The position numbers were made by a program, and so were the translations under genes. Positions 18,783 through 27,819 of a stretch of DNA of 64,000 nt are shown here, one piece after another (within the stretch, counting starts at the first letter, position 1; each line of letters opens with the position of its first letter). Location of the stretch: sequence record MW812343.1, one strand, 5' to 3'. The notes beneath the pieces are model-generated. The model ran no database searches and was not told the origin of the DNA. It was given only the letters and a program-made list of their open reading frames with translations.

Positions 18783-19837
18783 TGAAACAGTATTTAGAGT
18801 TAATCCATACGGTGTTGAATGAAGGTCATGAGAAGGCTGACCGTACCGGAACTGGCACCATCTCTATCTTCGGCCACCAGATGCGTTTTGACCTGCGCAA
18901 AGGTTTCCCGCTGGTCACAACGAAGAAAGTGCATCTGCGCTCGATTATCCACGAACTGCTGTGGTTCCTCCAAGGCGATACCAACATCCAATATCTGAAA
19001 GACAACAATGTCAGTATCTGGGATGAGTGGGCGGATGAAAACGGCGACCTTGGCCCGGTCTATGGTAAACAGTGGCGTGAGTGGAACGCGGACAAAATGG
19101 TGTCGATTGACGACATTAACCTTCGCCAGCATCTGGAAGATGAAGGGTACGTTGAGCGCGACATGATGTGTGTCGAGGGCGAACACTATTTCCTGTACAC
19201 CAAAGTCATTGACCAGATTCAAACGGTTATCGACCAACTGCGTAACGACCCCGACAGCCGCCGCATTATCGTCAGTGCATGGAACGTGGGGGAGCTTGAC
19301 CAGATGGCTTTAGCCCCTTGTCATTCCTTCTTCCAGTTCTACACGCGGGCGCTCAATTATAAAGAGCGTCTGCAATGGGTGAAAGACAATTGCTCAGAGG
19401 CGTTGGACGCATGGCATGAAACGACGAACGAACAGATTGCCATGAAAGATATCGATCACGACGAAGCCAGTCAGCAACTGGTAGAGTGGGTTGAGGATAT
19501 CGCACCGGAGCGCATTTTGTCTTGTCAGCTGTATCAGCGCAGTGCAGACGTCTTCCTCGGTGTACCGTTCAACATCGCTTCCTACGCGTTACTGGTTCAC
19601 ATGGTGGCACAGCAGGTCGGTATGGCTGTGGGAGATTTCATCTGGACGGGTGGTGATACCCATCTGTACACCAATCATCTGGAACAGGCCACATTGCAAC
19701 TCTCTCGCGTACCGCATGACTTGCCGAAACTTGTCATCAACCGCACACCGGCCTCTATCTTCGACTACAAGTTTGAAGATTTCGAAATCGTGGGGTATGA
19801 ATCACATCCAGCGATTAAGGCCCCAGTCGCCATTTAA
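18782..19837 (+). CDS. thyA: Thymidylate synthase ThyA with two in-frame insertions
   Basis: [56 protein letters not shown]. Confidence 0.97.
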   Translation: MKQYLELIHTVLNEGHEKADRTGTGTISIFGHQMRFDLRKGFPLVTTKKVHLRSIIHELLWFLQGDTNIQYLKDNNVSIWDEWADENGDLGPVYGKQWREWNADKMVSIDDINLRQHLEDEGYVERDMMCVEGEHYFLYTKVIDQIQTVIDQLRNDPDSRRIIVSAWNVGELDQMALAPCHSFFQFYTRALNYKERLQWVKDNCSEALDAWHETTNEQIAMKDIDHDEASQQLVEWVEDIAPERILSCQLYQRSADVFLGVPFNIASYALLVHMVAQQVGMAVGDFIWTGGDTHLYTNHLEQATLQLSRVPHDLPKLVINRTPASIFDYKFEDFEIVGYESHPAIKAPVAI

Positions 19838-19846
19838 GGAGGCTGT

Positions 19847-20341
19847 ATGGGAGACAACGTTCTGAAGTTTCCCGGTAACCCTAACCCGCCTATCGTTCAA
19901 CCCCGTCGTGACGTAGCACACTTCCCATTGCCTCAACGGGATGGGAAGGTGAACGCGTTTACAGTACCTGTCTCTGATATGTATTGGTGGGTAGCGATTT
20001 ACGAAAAGGTTGCCGAGCATAACCCGTATTTCGAAAACCTGTTTTACTTTTATTCCGAACCTTACGGTTGGCAGAATCAGTCGTACGCTAAACGACGCAC
20101 ATCCTGCGAACTGACTATCGATCGGGCGTCGATGTTGGAGTTACTGAAAGTGGTGTCGTATACCCACATCATGTCTCTCGACAGTCACCTGAACGATGAA
20201 GATTACGAACTCGTGCACGATAACGCCATGATGGTGTTAGGTGACGATTTGGAAATCGATTACTCAATGGGGATATTCATGTCCCCAACCACAGACCCTA
20301 ACCGGTTTATACTCAACTTTGTGGAATGCCATAATGACTGA
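19847..20341 (+). CDS. Hypothetical protein
   Basis: 164-aa ORF, RBS AAGGAGG. Confidence 0.75.
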   Translation: MGDNVLKFPGNPNPPIVQPRRDVAHFPLPQRDGKVNAFTVPVSDMYWWVAIYEKVAEHNPYFENLFYFYSEPYGWQNQSYAKRRTSCELTIDRASMLELLKVVSYTHIMSLDSHLNDEDYELVHDNAMMVLGDDLEIDYSMGIFMSPTTDPNRFILNFVECHND

Positions 20342-21209
20342 CAAGCAAAATACCCTGTACTTCTTCTCTGACCGTTTCTACACCATGCCTGGCGACAACT
20401 ACAGCTTTGGTATCGTCGCAGCGAAAGACACCGCCGAAGCCAAACTGATGCTGGGTACTGAAATGGTCGACGGTCTGCCGGTGGGCAAGACGGATGCAAC
20501 GGGTCAGATTCTGTGTGCGGAAACCATTCGCAATATCGACCCGCGTACCGACACCGTAACTAAAAAGGTTACCGCTGAGCTGTGGAAGCTGAACGACGGG
20601 GTAGACGTTACTGCCCGTGTTCAATACCTGCGCGACACCATTTCGAAAATGCAGGGTATCGATTGTAGCAATCTGGAAGTTGACTTCACACGCTGCCTGC
20701 GTATTCCAGGTGGTTGCACCAGCACCGGTAAAGATCTGTGGCGTGTCATGGTGAAGCACCCAGACTTCCCGAACACCGTACCGATCATGCTGTCCGCAGA
20801 AGGTGACGGTTCTATCACCGGCGACGACGATGTGAACTTCACGCGTCTCGGTGAAACCGAAGAATACAGCTACAACGAAAGCGTTGACCGTGTATTAACG
20901 CCTGAGTGGCTGATGCTGGACTTGCTGGAACAACATGGCCTGACCCCAGAAGACTGGTACGTTATCGCCGGTACGGCGCGTGCAGCAGCGTATAGCGCCA
21001 CTCCTGTTGATGGTTGGGAAGAAGTGGACGAAGTGTACGGGCAGAACGAAAGCGCGCACGTCATTCGCTTCTGGCTGAACCCAGACTGGCAGAACCTGAT
21101 TGTGGCTGCGGTGGCAAAAGTGGTTGAATCCATGCCGAAAGAACCGCTGCCAGAAAACCTCGCTGAAGAACTGGCGGGATCTGAATCTGCGGACGAAGCC
21201 GCAGAGTAA
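20334..21209 (+). CDS. Hypothetical acidic protein
   Basis: ATG 20334 overlaps upstream stop; strong preferred-codon usage. Confidence 0.7.
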   Translation: MTDKQNTLYFFSDRFYTMPGDNYSFGIVAAKDTAEAKLMLGTEMVDGLPVGKTDATGQILCAETIRNIDPRTDTVTKKVTAELWKLNDGVDVTARVQYLRDTISKMQGIDCSNLEVDFTRCLRIPGGCTSTGKDLWRVMVKHPDFPNTVPIMLSAEGDGSITGDDDVNFTRLGETEEYSYNESVDRVLTPEWLMLDLLEQHGLTPEDWYVIAGTARAAAYSATPVDGWEEVDEVYGQNESAHVIRFWLNPDWQNLIVAAVAKVVESMPKEPLPENLAEELAGSESADEAAE

Positions 21210-21231
21210 CTTAACGATAAAGGTGAATAAA

Positions 21232-21684
21232 GTGTCTAAGACTCTAATCAACTATGATTTAGTAGTGCAAGAACTCTCCAAAGGACTGGTTGCGTTAGAC
21301 AGCAGAACTGCTATTGATTGCCACATGTTACCCCATATCGCACTAAGCGAGTTCCGCACTATCCGTTATGGAGCGGGGCGGCAAAAAGGCGTAACGGAAA
21401 CTGCCGCGCAGCTGGCAGGGAAGCATAACGGTCCTGCTTTGGTGCTCACACACGCAGTCGTGCTACGGGATAGCTTCATTGCACGCTACGCAGAAAGGTT
21501 CCCTGGTAAGAGCAACGCAACCGTTCATTGTGGTTATTTGCCTGAGAACTGGCGAACTGAAAAGTTTAGTCTCGTCGTTGTTGATGAAGCGGGTTTCTTT
21601 TTCAAGAAATTTGGATACGACAAAATCTATCGGTCTCTGGTACCAGTGGTGACTGACGACGTGGTAATTCACCTTATTAACTGA
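21232..21684 (+). CDS. Small P-loop NTPase-like protein
   Basis: RTIRYGAGRQKGVT (Walker A-like) and LVVVDEA (Walker B); GTG start after AAGGTG. Confidence 0.5.
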   Translation: MSKTLINYDLVVQELSKGLVALDSRTAIDCHMLPHIALSEFRTIRYGAGRQKGVTETAAQLAGKHNGPALVLTHAVVLRDSFIARYAERFPGKSNATVHCGYLPENWRTEKFSLVVVDEAGFFFKKFGYDKIYRSLVPVVTDDVVIHLIN

Positions 21685-21692
21685 GGTTGCTG

Positions 21693-22022
21693 ATGCGTCA
21701 AATTGAAAACTTTGGGCGCGGTGAACCCACGCCTGCGCCGTGGGACGGTGAGGGACTTCCACCAGTTAACGAAATGGTGATGGTTTCAGCCAACCAAGGT
21801 TACACATGGTTCCCAATTTGCTTATTGTGGATTGGCGAGAAATCTTTTGTCTGGCGTAATATGCAGAGTGTGGCTCATGATGGGAATGAAATCTTCCACC
21901 AAGCCCACTACTCATGTTGGCTGTATCGTCCGTTCGTGGACGGTATGGAACGCCGTTCGTATCACCGTATTGAGGAAACAGACGATGTCTGGAAAAGATT
22001 TAAGTTCACATCTGAAGCCTGA
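21693..22022 (+). CDS. Hypothetical Trp-rich protein
   Basis: RBS GAGG before ATG 21693. Confidence 0.65.
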   Translation: MRQIENFGRGEPTPAPWDGEGLPPVNEMVMVSANQGYTWFPICLLWIGEKSFVWRNMQSVAHDGNEIFHQAHYSCWLYRPFVDGMERRSYHRIEETDDVWKRFKFTSEA

Positions 22023-22185
22023 GGGCGCACTGTCAGAAACCATCGCAGAACATAACCGTCAGGTTGATGAGATGGATTTGTTTAACGGTGACGTGCCGGG
22101 CGTTGGCGATGATGTGTTTGTCGAAGGCGGCGCTGATGTAGGTGCCGAAGACGACAACTGTGCAGGTGGTGCCTGCAAAATTTAA
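21985..22185 (+). CDS. 66-aa acidic peptide ending in NrdA-like redox tail (DDNCAGGACKI)
   Basis: RBS GAGGA at 21972-21976, ATG 21985, followed by terminator; C-terminus matches class Ia RNR alpha tail (E. coli DDGCESGACKI). Confidence 0.6.
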   Translation: MSGKDLSSHLKPEGALSETIAEHNRQVDEMDLFNGDVPGVGDDVFVEGGADVGAEDDNCAGGACKI

Positions 22186-22192
22186 CAAGAGC

Positions 22193-22225
22193 GGGTGTCC
22201 TTATGGACACCCCTATTTCATTTTT
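22193..22225 (+). terminator. Rho-independent terminator
   Basis: GGGTGTCC-TTAT-GGACACCC then CTATTTCATTTTT. Confidence 0.65.
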
Positions 22226-22240
22226 TAAGGACTATCAGAA

Positions 22241-23074
22241 ATGTCACAAGTTTTCGAATTACCGATTGAGCACAAGTCTATCATTCTGAACGGTGCGATT
22301 CTGGACTTCGTTCTACCTCAGTTGGCAGTCATCGGTAAACGTATGTCACGTATCACGCGTCTGGCACTCAGCACCGAGTCTCCGATGACGCTGGTTAACG
22401 GCTATACGTTTGAAGGTGAACCGGCAGAATTCCACGCGCCGTTGCGTTACCACACCAATCTCGAATTCCACAAAGAACCGGTCTTCCACAACCGTATCGT
22501 TCCATTGTACCGTGTGTCTCAGTGTGTGGCGAAAGTTATCGGCTGGTCGACTGACCGTGGTATTCTGGAGAACGGTCGTTGGGACTCTCAGGGTACCAAA
22601 CTGTATGAAGAAGACGGTGAAGCAGCGACCGGTGTCGGTAAAAACAAAAAGCGTCTGATCATCGACGGTATCGGTGATGCGTTGGTTGTGCTGGTTAACG
22701 TGTTGGAACTGACGAGCATCGACTCTGCGGAAATCACCCACATCTACCAGCTGGTGCGCGACACCAAAACTGTAGTGGATAACCCACACTACCATTTCCA
22801 CAAAATGCGTAAGAACCTGACCGAAGTGGTGGATGTGGTTTACGAATGCGAAGCCATCGATTCACCGAAGAAAGTTGCCCTCGGTCTGTTAACCCATGAC
22901 GAACGTCAGCAGATGCTGGGTCATGCACAGCAGGCGATTCATCACGCCAACCAACTGGCCCGCCACTACGAATACTCGTTGGACGAGTGTTTCTCTCTGG
23001 CGTGGGATGAAATCAAAGACCGTAAAGGTTTCCTGAACGCTGACGGTGTGTTCATTAAAGAAACCGACGCTTAA
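22241..23074 (+). CDS. MazG-like nucleotide pyrophosphohydrolase
   Basis: KVIGWSTDRGI...QGTKLYEEDGEA...IIDGIGDALVVL and WDEIKDRKG...DGVFIKE. Confidence 0.75.
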   Translation: MSQVFELPIEHKSIILNGAILDFVLPQLAVIGKRMSRITRLALSTESPMTLVNGYTFEGEPAEFHAPLRYHTNLEFHKEPVFHNRIVPLYRVSQCVAKVIGWSTDRGILENGRWDSQGTKLYEEDGEAATGVGKNKKRLIIDGIGDALVVLVNVLELTSIDSAEITHIYQLVRDTKTVVDNPHYHFHKMRKNLTEVVDVVYECEAIDSPKKVALGLLTHDERQQMLGHAQQAIHHANQLARHYEYSLDECFSLAWDEIKDRKGFLNADGVFIKETDA

Positions 23075-23106
23075 TTCACGTCCACTAACAATGCAGGAGT
23101 AGGACA

Positions 23107-23961
23107 ATGGAATACCAATTATTTCTCATCACGAACGACTTCACGAAATCCTTTGTGGATGAGTCGTTTCATGCCACGGTAGTCGCACCAACAGAAGCGG
23201 CTGCTCGTTGGATTGTTGCCCAGCAATGCACAGACCTCGCGATGAGTGAAGTGCAAGCTGCGGTAGCTTTTGCAGTGGGTAAGATTGAAGCCCCTGCCGA
23301 GGGAATAATTTCGTTCGAGTATGGGAAACGTAATCGCTTCCCGGTGCTCAATCTCGATGCGTACAAGCGTCGTGAAGAGTTTGTTGAGATTGAGCTACAC
23401 GGCGGTATTCAGCCGACGCACGACATCCATCCACCGGTTCCCGGTGCTGTTGTCAAATGCTTCGCCAGTAAAGAACATTCACGTATCGTTCTGATTCGTA
23501 GCACCCTCACGACCAAACTTCCAACGGCCATTGAAGAAGTGGGTGTCACGAACGAAGCGACCTCGGTTCAGCTCTACACCGTACACTCTCCATCGGCTTA
23601 CACCGAAGTTCCGAAAGGTGAAGTCTTCACCACCGAATACATTAACCTGTTTGGTTGTGAAGATGTGCTGCTGTTCCGTTCGCTGATTATCCGTAATACG
23701 GAACTGGCGTACCAGAACAAACGCACAGATGCGTTGTTGCGCGAGCTGCAATCTTTCTTCACCGAAGGTGGTGACCGCAATAGCATGAGCGCGGGTATCA
23801 GCTATTATCCGGGGCAGAAACTGTCAATTACCGATGCCAGCAAACTGGTGTTGTGGGTCATGTCGCTTCCACAGGTGATCACACTCGACCGCATTATTGC
23901 AGAAGAGGATCTGAAACCTATCGCGGGAACGAACTGCCACACGCTCGGAAAAGGAGAGTGA
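23107..23961 (+). CDS. Hypothetical protein
   Basis: 284-aa ORF, RBS GGAG/AGGA. Confidence 0.75.
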   Translation: MEYQLFLITNDFTKSFVDESFHATVVAPTEAAARWIVAQQCTDLAMSEVQAAVAFAVGKIEAPAEGIISFEYGKRNRFPVLNLDAYKRREEFVEIELHGGIQPTHDIHPPVPGAVVKCFASKEHSRIVLIRSTLTTKLPTAIEEVGVTNEATSVQLYTVHSPSAYTEVPKGEVFTTEYINLFGCEDVLLFRSLIIRNTELAYQNKRTDALLRELQSFFTEGGDRNSMSAGISYYPGQKLSITDASKLVLWVMSLPQVITLDRIIAEEDLKPIAGTNCHTLGKGE

Positions 23962-23962
23962 T

Positions 23963-24460
23963 ATGTTCGACGTGGACATCGTCCCCCATGGGGACGCGTT
24001 CGCAGTACAGATAAATGGCACGACCATCACTGTCTGCGATGAGCAACGTGCAAACTTTTGGCGTTGTTGTACGGCACCGGATAAAGTCTTTGTCAGCTGT
24101 GACCTCGGTATTTCATTTGGTGAAGAACCTTTGCGCCTGTGTAAGTTCCGTATCACTGAGGCCGAGATGCGGGCTTTCCTCGGGCAAGTGCTTTACACCT
24201 ACGACCATTGTGATCATCAGAACCACGTCGGTTGGGTTGAAATTGACCCAACTATCGTGCGGACGTTGCGTCAAGGGGCGGAAGAGATCGTTGAGTCGCA
24301 GAGCATGTGGCTTGACGAGGATGACACGTATCCGAAAGACACGCCGTTCATTCTCATTCACCCTGACCGCAACACTAAAACCGGGGAAACGTTTATCGAA
24401 CTGATGTTCATTGAAATGGAGAAGTGTGATGTCGAAGAAGAAAAACCGGCTGACGTTTAA
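23963..24460 (+). CDS. Hypothetical protein
   Basis: 165-aa ORF, RBS AAGGAG. Confidence 0.75.
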   Translation: MFDVDIVPHGDAFAVQINGTTITVCDEQRANFWRCCTAPDKVFVSCDLGISFGEEPLRLCKFRITEAEMRAFLGQVLYTYDHCDHQNHVGWVEIDPTIVRTLRQGAEEIVESQSMWLDEDDTYPKDTPFILIHPDRNTKTGETFIELMFIEMEKCDVEEEKPADV

Positions 24461-24872
24461 TACGGACAGTCAGACCATCAGTGTCAACGGCAAGAACTGG
24501 GGTAATCTCGGTTTAGCGGCGTGGGTACTGGAACGTCTGGCTAACCGTTCGGCACGGTTCGATGGGCTCGATTTTGTTGTCATCGACACGCCCATTACGT
24601 ACGGTGCGTGGCAAGACTTCCACGCCATTGAAATGTACAGCGCCATTCCGAACATGATTGTGGCGAAAGTATTGGGTGATGAGAACTACCGTGGTGGGTT
24701 TACAAACCATCACTTCGCATTGACGTCCAGTCAGAAGTATGGCACGGCTGTACCGCTGCTGAACAAAGTCCCGGAGGACATCGGTGAAGATGCGTTAGTC
24801 TTCTTCTTCTCGTATGACCACGCGGAACCGAACAGTGAGTTCCAGTGGACGATGCTCCATCAGATACGTTAA
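24429..24872 (+). CDS. Hypothetical protein
   Basis: RBS GGAG before ATG 24429; ends at terminator. Confidence 0.7.
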   Translation: MSKKKNRLTFNTDSQTISVNGKNWGNLGLAAWVLERLANRSARFDGLDFVVIDTPITYGAWQDFHAIEMYSAIPNMIVAKVLGDENYRGGFTNHHFALTSSQKYGTAVPLLNKVPEDIGEDALVFFFSYDHAEPNSEFQWTMLHQIR

Positions 24873-24875
24873 ATA

Positions 24876-24922
24876 AAAAAGACTACCTACTCCCGAAGGA
24901 GTAGGTAGCTTTATTTTTTTTT
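24876..24922. terminator. Bidirectional Rho-independent terminator (near-identical to 8141)
   Basis: AAAAA-GACTACCTACTCC-CGAA-GGAGTAGGTAGC-TTTATTTTTTTTT between convergent genes. Confidence 0.9.
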
Positions 24923-25478
24923 ACTGGGCAGAAGTTACGTCGGTCTGGGACTCTTCGTAGGATAAACCATCGAGAGATGTGGTTTTGATAACCTGCGTCA
25001 GATCGGATGTGTTTTCATTCATGTCCGTTAAGAACACTTTGAGACTACCAATCCATGCCAGTGAGCTGCCGTTAAAAGTAAGCGTGGCACTTTCACCGCT
25101 TACAGCACTACTACGAACGTCCGATGCCGGGATAACGATACCGTATTTTTCTTGCAGAAGGGGTAGCAAGTCTAGTGTACTGTTTGCCTTATAACCATCA
25201 ACAGAAACGACACGCCCTGCGAAAAGGTGGTCGATATAGATTCGACGATACTTCAACTCAACAGTACCAATAACATTTTTATCGGTTACGCCGGATACTT
25301 CAAGGTACGTATTCAGACGCCCATACGTTTCTTCGTCGGTCGTATCAGAATCGGCGATGTGTGCAGGCGTACCAAATATCACCTTATCAATGGTCACGTT
25401 GAGTTTGGTCATCAACGGGTTCTTTGCGACAATCAGGTCGTAAACCATCTCATTTGGAGACTTCCCAAAAAGACTCAT
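24921..25478 (-). CDS. Probable virion/tail protein
   Basis: 185-aa beta-rich ORF downstream of tail/baseplate genes; TAGTATG motif upstream. Confidence 0.55.
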   Translation of the reverse strand: MSLFGKSPNEMVYDLIVAKNPLMTKLNVTIDKVIFGTPAHIADSDTTDEETYGRLNTYLEVSGVTDKNVIGTVELKYRRIYIDHLFAGRVVSVDGYKANSTLDLLPLLQEKYGIVIPASDVRSSAVSGESATLTFNGSSLAWIGSLKVFLTDMNENTSDLTQVIKTTSLDGLSYEESQTDVTSAQ

Positions 25479-25519
25479 TTTAAATCCCTCTTTTTTGTCA
25501 ACGTGTCGAAGCTAGACAC

Positions 25520-25526
25520 CATACTA
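25520..25526 (-). promoter_or_regulatory. Late-promoter-like TAGTATG
   Basis: CATACTA on + strand, 42 nt upstream of the 25478 start. Confidence 0.45.
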
Positions 25527-25584
25527 TTTGTGCGGAAACCGAGCTAAAATAAAAGCGCCACCTGCCGAGACAGGTGGATGTACT

Positions 25585-27774
25585 TTATAAATCGCCTCGT
25601 GCCGTACCGGTGAACGCCGTGAAGACGTTCGCCACCATACGTGCTGGCGGGAGGTCAAAGAACTTGTTCACAATCGCACCCTGCGAGAAGGCAGACTTCC
25701 ATGACTGGAACTGCACGTTCGCATTCTGCGTGGCCTTCGCCCAACCACTGGTACGCTGGTGCAGCGTCGCGGAGCCCAGCACTGCCATGAAGTCGGAGAA
25801 CTTGTTATCGTCATCCCACACGCCGGTATCGGTTACGATAGGCATGTACATGGTGCGTGACATGTCACGAATCGTAACGTTAATGTCACATGACAGTGGC
25901 ACACCGTCCGTACGCCAACCCAACCCACCGACACCGAAGTTCAGACTCACGTTCGTCACCATGGCATTACGCATCGAGTAGCGACCTCGTGAGTATGCTT
26001 CCAGATAGAACGGGTGTGTGAACGACTGTTTACCGGTGGCTAATGGACAGACGGCGGCTAACCAGAATGCCACTGGGAGAATCAGGTCTTGGAAGACGTC
26101 TAAGTCCCCGCCTGACCAACAACGGCACGGAATCGTGAAGGAGATGTCGTCACCTGATGTGTCCGATGAATCCCACACTTCGGGGAAATCAATCACCGAT
26201 GAGTTATACAGCGACATAATCCCCGATAGGTGCAGGAAGTCCAATGCACCGGCGAAGGCAGATTTCAATCCGGTAATTAAACCATCCACACCATCGATAC
26301 CCGTTTTCCCGCCTGCCAGACTCACTTCCAACGAACGGGCTTTCTGGGTTGCGGAGTTCACCGTACCGGAAATCTCCGGCTCTTTGGTGGAGTTACTGAA
26401 CGTACGAGTCGTGGTATCTCGACCGTTAATTTTCCATGTCACCCATTGTGAACCGTTGCTGAGTTCATCACCGGCCTGCTGTACCAACCCGTCGGTAATC
26501 TTCGAGAAGTCGCCGAACATTGTTCCGAAGGTACTCTTCTCCCCTTCCCGCATCCAGTTCTCAATCTTACCGGTGTCTTTTGCCAGCGCTTCCCCGTTGT
26601 CATCCCCGCCATTGTTGTTAGCCATGGTCTGGGCTTGAAGTTGCTGTTGGGCGATATCGGCAGATTTTAAGAACTGTTGCTCGCCACCCCCAGCGTTATC
26701 GGCGTCAGCAAACTTCGCGGTCATGTTATCCAACACTTGGTCTTCATTCATGTCCGGGTTTTCAACGCCCTTGTACCCGTCGCTGGTACGGGCTAACGCC
26801 TCGAGGGTGGAAAGCGAGACTTCAAACGACGCCGCTTTATCCAGATACTGGCGACTGTACGTCATGGTCTTGTAGAACGACTGTATCTTCGTGGCCATTT
26901 CCGCTTCGGTGTTGGAAGTGGCTTTGATTTCTGCAATCGTCTTCGCCTGGAAGTTTGCCAACGTTTGATAACGGTTAATCATTCGATAGATATCGAACTC
27001 TCCGTTAGACTTCCAGATATCCGGCAGACCGGCATAGATGTCTTCTTTGTTGGCGGTAAAGTTTTTGTTTTTGTCTTCATCGTTTTTGGCTAACCCGAAT
27101 GAGGAAAGAATCCCCGTGGGTACCAGACGACGATAAAGTAACTGCGTGTTGACGATGTTCTGCACGGCACGCAAGTACAGGTGCATCGTAGGCTTCACGT
27201 AGTAATACTTGGATGACTGCTTATCCAGCACCGCTTTCATGATACGTGGAGTAATCAGGATAAGCGCGAAGGCGACTGTACCGACCGTTGCCCAAATGGC
27301 TGCTGCTGCGGTATAAGACGCAAGCGAGCGAACCACACCCGGATAATCACCTGTACGGGCAAGGTAAGCCAACTTCGAATCGTACATATTGGCAAAGAAC
27401 GCAGCTACGCCAAGGTAACGCGGTTTACCAAAACGACAGTGCAGATAGAAGGCGTTCTGCTCAATTGACTCGTAGTAGTACGCGCCTAAGCGATACGACC
27501 CTTGAGCGGAGAACGACTCAAACCACCGGCGGTTACTCTGCGGGCCGGGGGAATCTTTGGGTACCGCTAACGCGCCGGTAATTGGCGGGTCAGCAAAGAA
27601 CGTGAATTGGGGTGGTGCGTTTAACGCGGCGTTACCCCCGACCGTGGTGTCACTGAAGGACAACAGGGCATCGGAGTACGTGCGTGTGTTGTAGAAACGG
27701 GTATCCCGTGGCAACTTCATACTGCCAAACAATCCGTTCACCCACGTTGTGTCGTTGAGCGATCGTGTATCCAC
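25585..27774 (-). CDS. Baseplate/tail hub-type structural protein (phiKZ gp182-like)
   Basis: 729 aa; downstream of gp181-like gene; C-terminal beta-rich tube/hub-like segment (NAMVTNVSLNFG...LSCDINVTIRDM). Confidence 0.6.
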   Translation of the reverse strand: MDTRSLNDTTWVNGLFGSMKLPRDTRFYNTRTYSDALLSFSDTTVGGNAALNAPPQFTFFADPPITGALAVPKDSPGPQSNRRWFESFSAQGSYRLGAYYYESIEQNAFYLHCRFGKPRYLGVAAFFANMYDSKLAYLARTGDYPGVVRSLASYTAAAAIWATVGTVAFALILITPRIMKAVLDKQSSKYYYVKPTMHLYLRAVQNIVNTQLLYRRLVPTGILSSFGLAKNDEDKNKNFTANKEDIYAGLPDIWKSNGEFDIYRMINRYQTLANFQAKTIAEIKATSNTEAEMATKIQSFYKTMTYSRQYLDKAASFEVSLSTLEALARTSDGYKGVENPDMNEDQVLDNMTAKFADADNAGGGEQQFLKSADIAQQQLQAQTMANNNGGDDNGEALAKDTGKIENWMREGEKSTFGTMFGDFSKITDGLVQQAGDELSNGSQWVTWKINGRDTTTRTFSNSTKEPEISGTVNSATQKARSLEVSLAGGKTGIDGVDGLITGLKSAFAGALDFLHLSGIMSLYNSSVIDFPEVWDSSDTSGDDISFTIPCRCWSGGDLDVFQDLILPVAFWLAAVCPLATGKQSFTHPFYLEAYSRGRYSMRNAMVTNVSLNFGVGGLGWRTDGVPLSCDINVTIRDMSRTMYMPIVTDTGVWDDDNKFSDFMAVLGSATLHQRTSGWAKATQNANVQFQSWKSAFSQGAIVNKFFDLPPARMVANVFTAFTGTARGDL

Positions 27775-27795
27775 GTTAACCTCACTTATGGAAAT

Positions 27796-27815
27796 GGGGG
27801 AGGTTTCCCTCCCCC
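27796..27815 (-). other. GC-rich hairpin without U-tract
   Basis: GGGGGAGG-TTTC-CCTCCCCC between the gp181-like and gp182-like genes. Confidence 0.55.
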
Positions 27816-27819
27816 GTTG

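Noticed and set aside
21832-21984. Upstream extension of the NrdA-tail ORF, or a frameshift fusion with the 21693 gene
   Set aside because: The extension lies inside another gene, ATG 21985 has its own RBS, and no slippery site was seen
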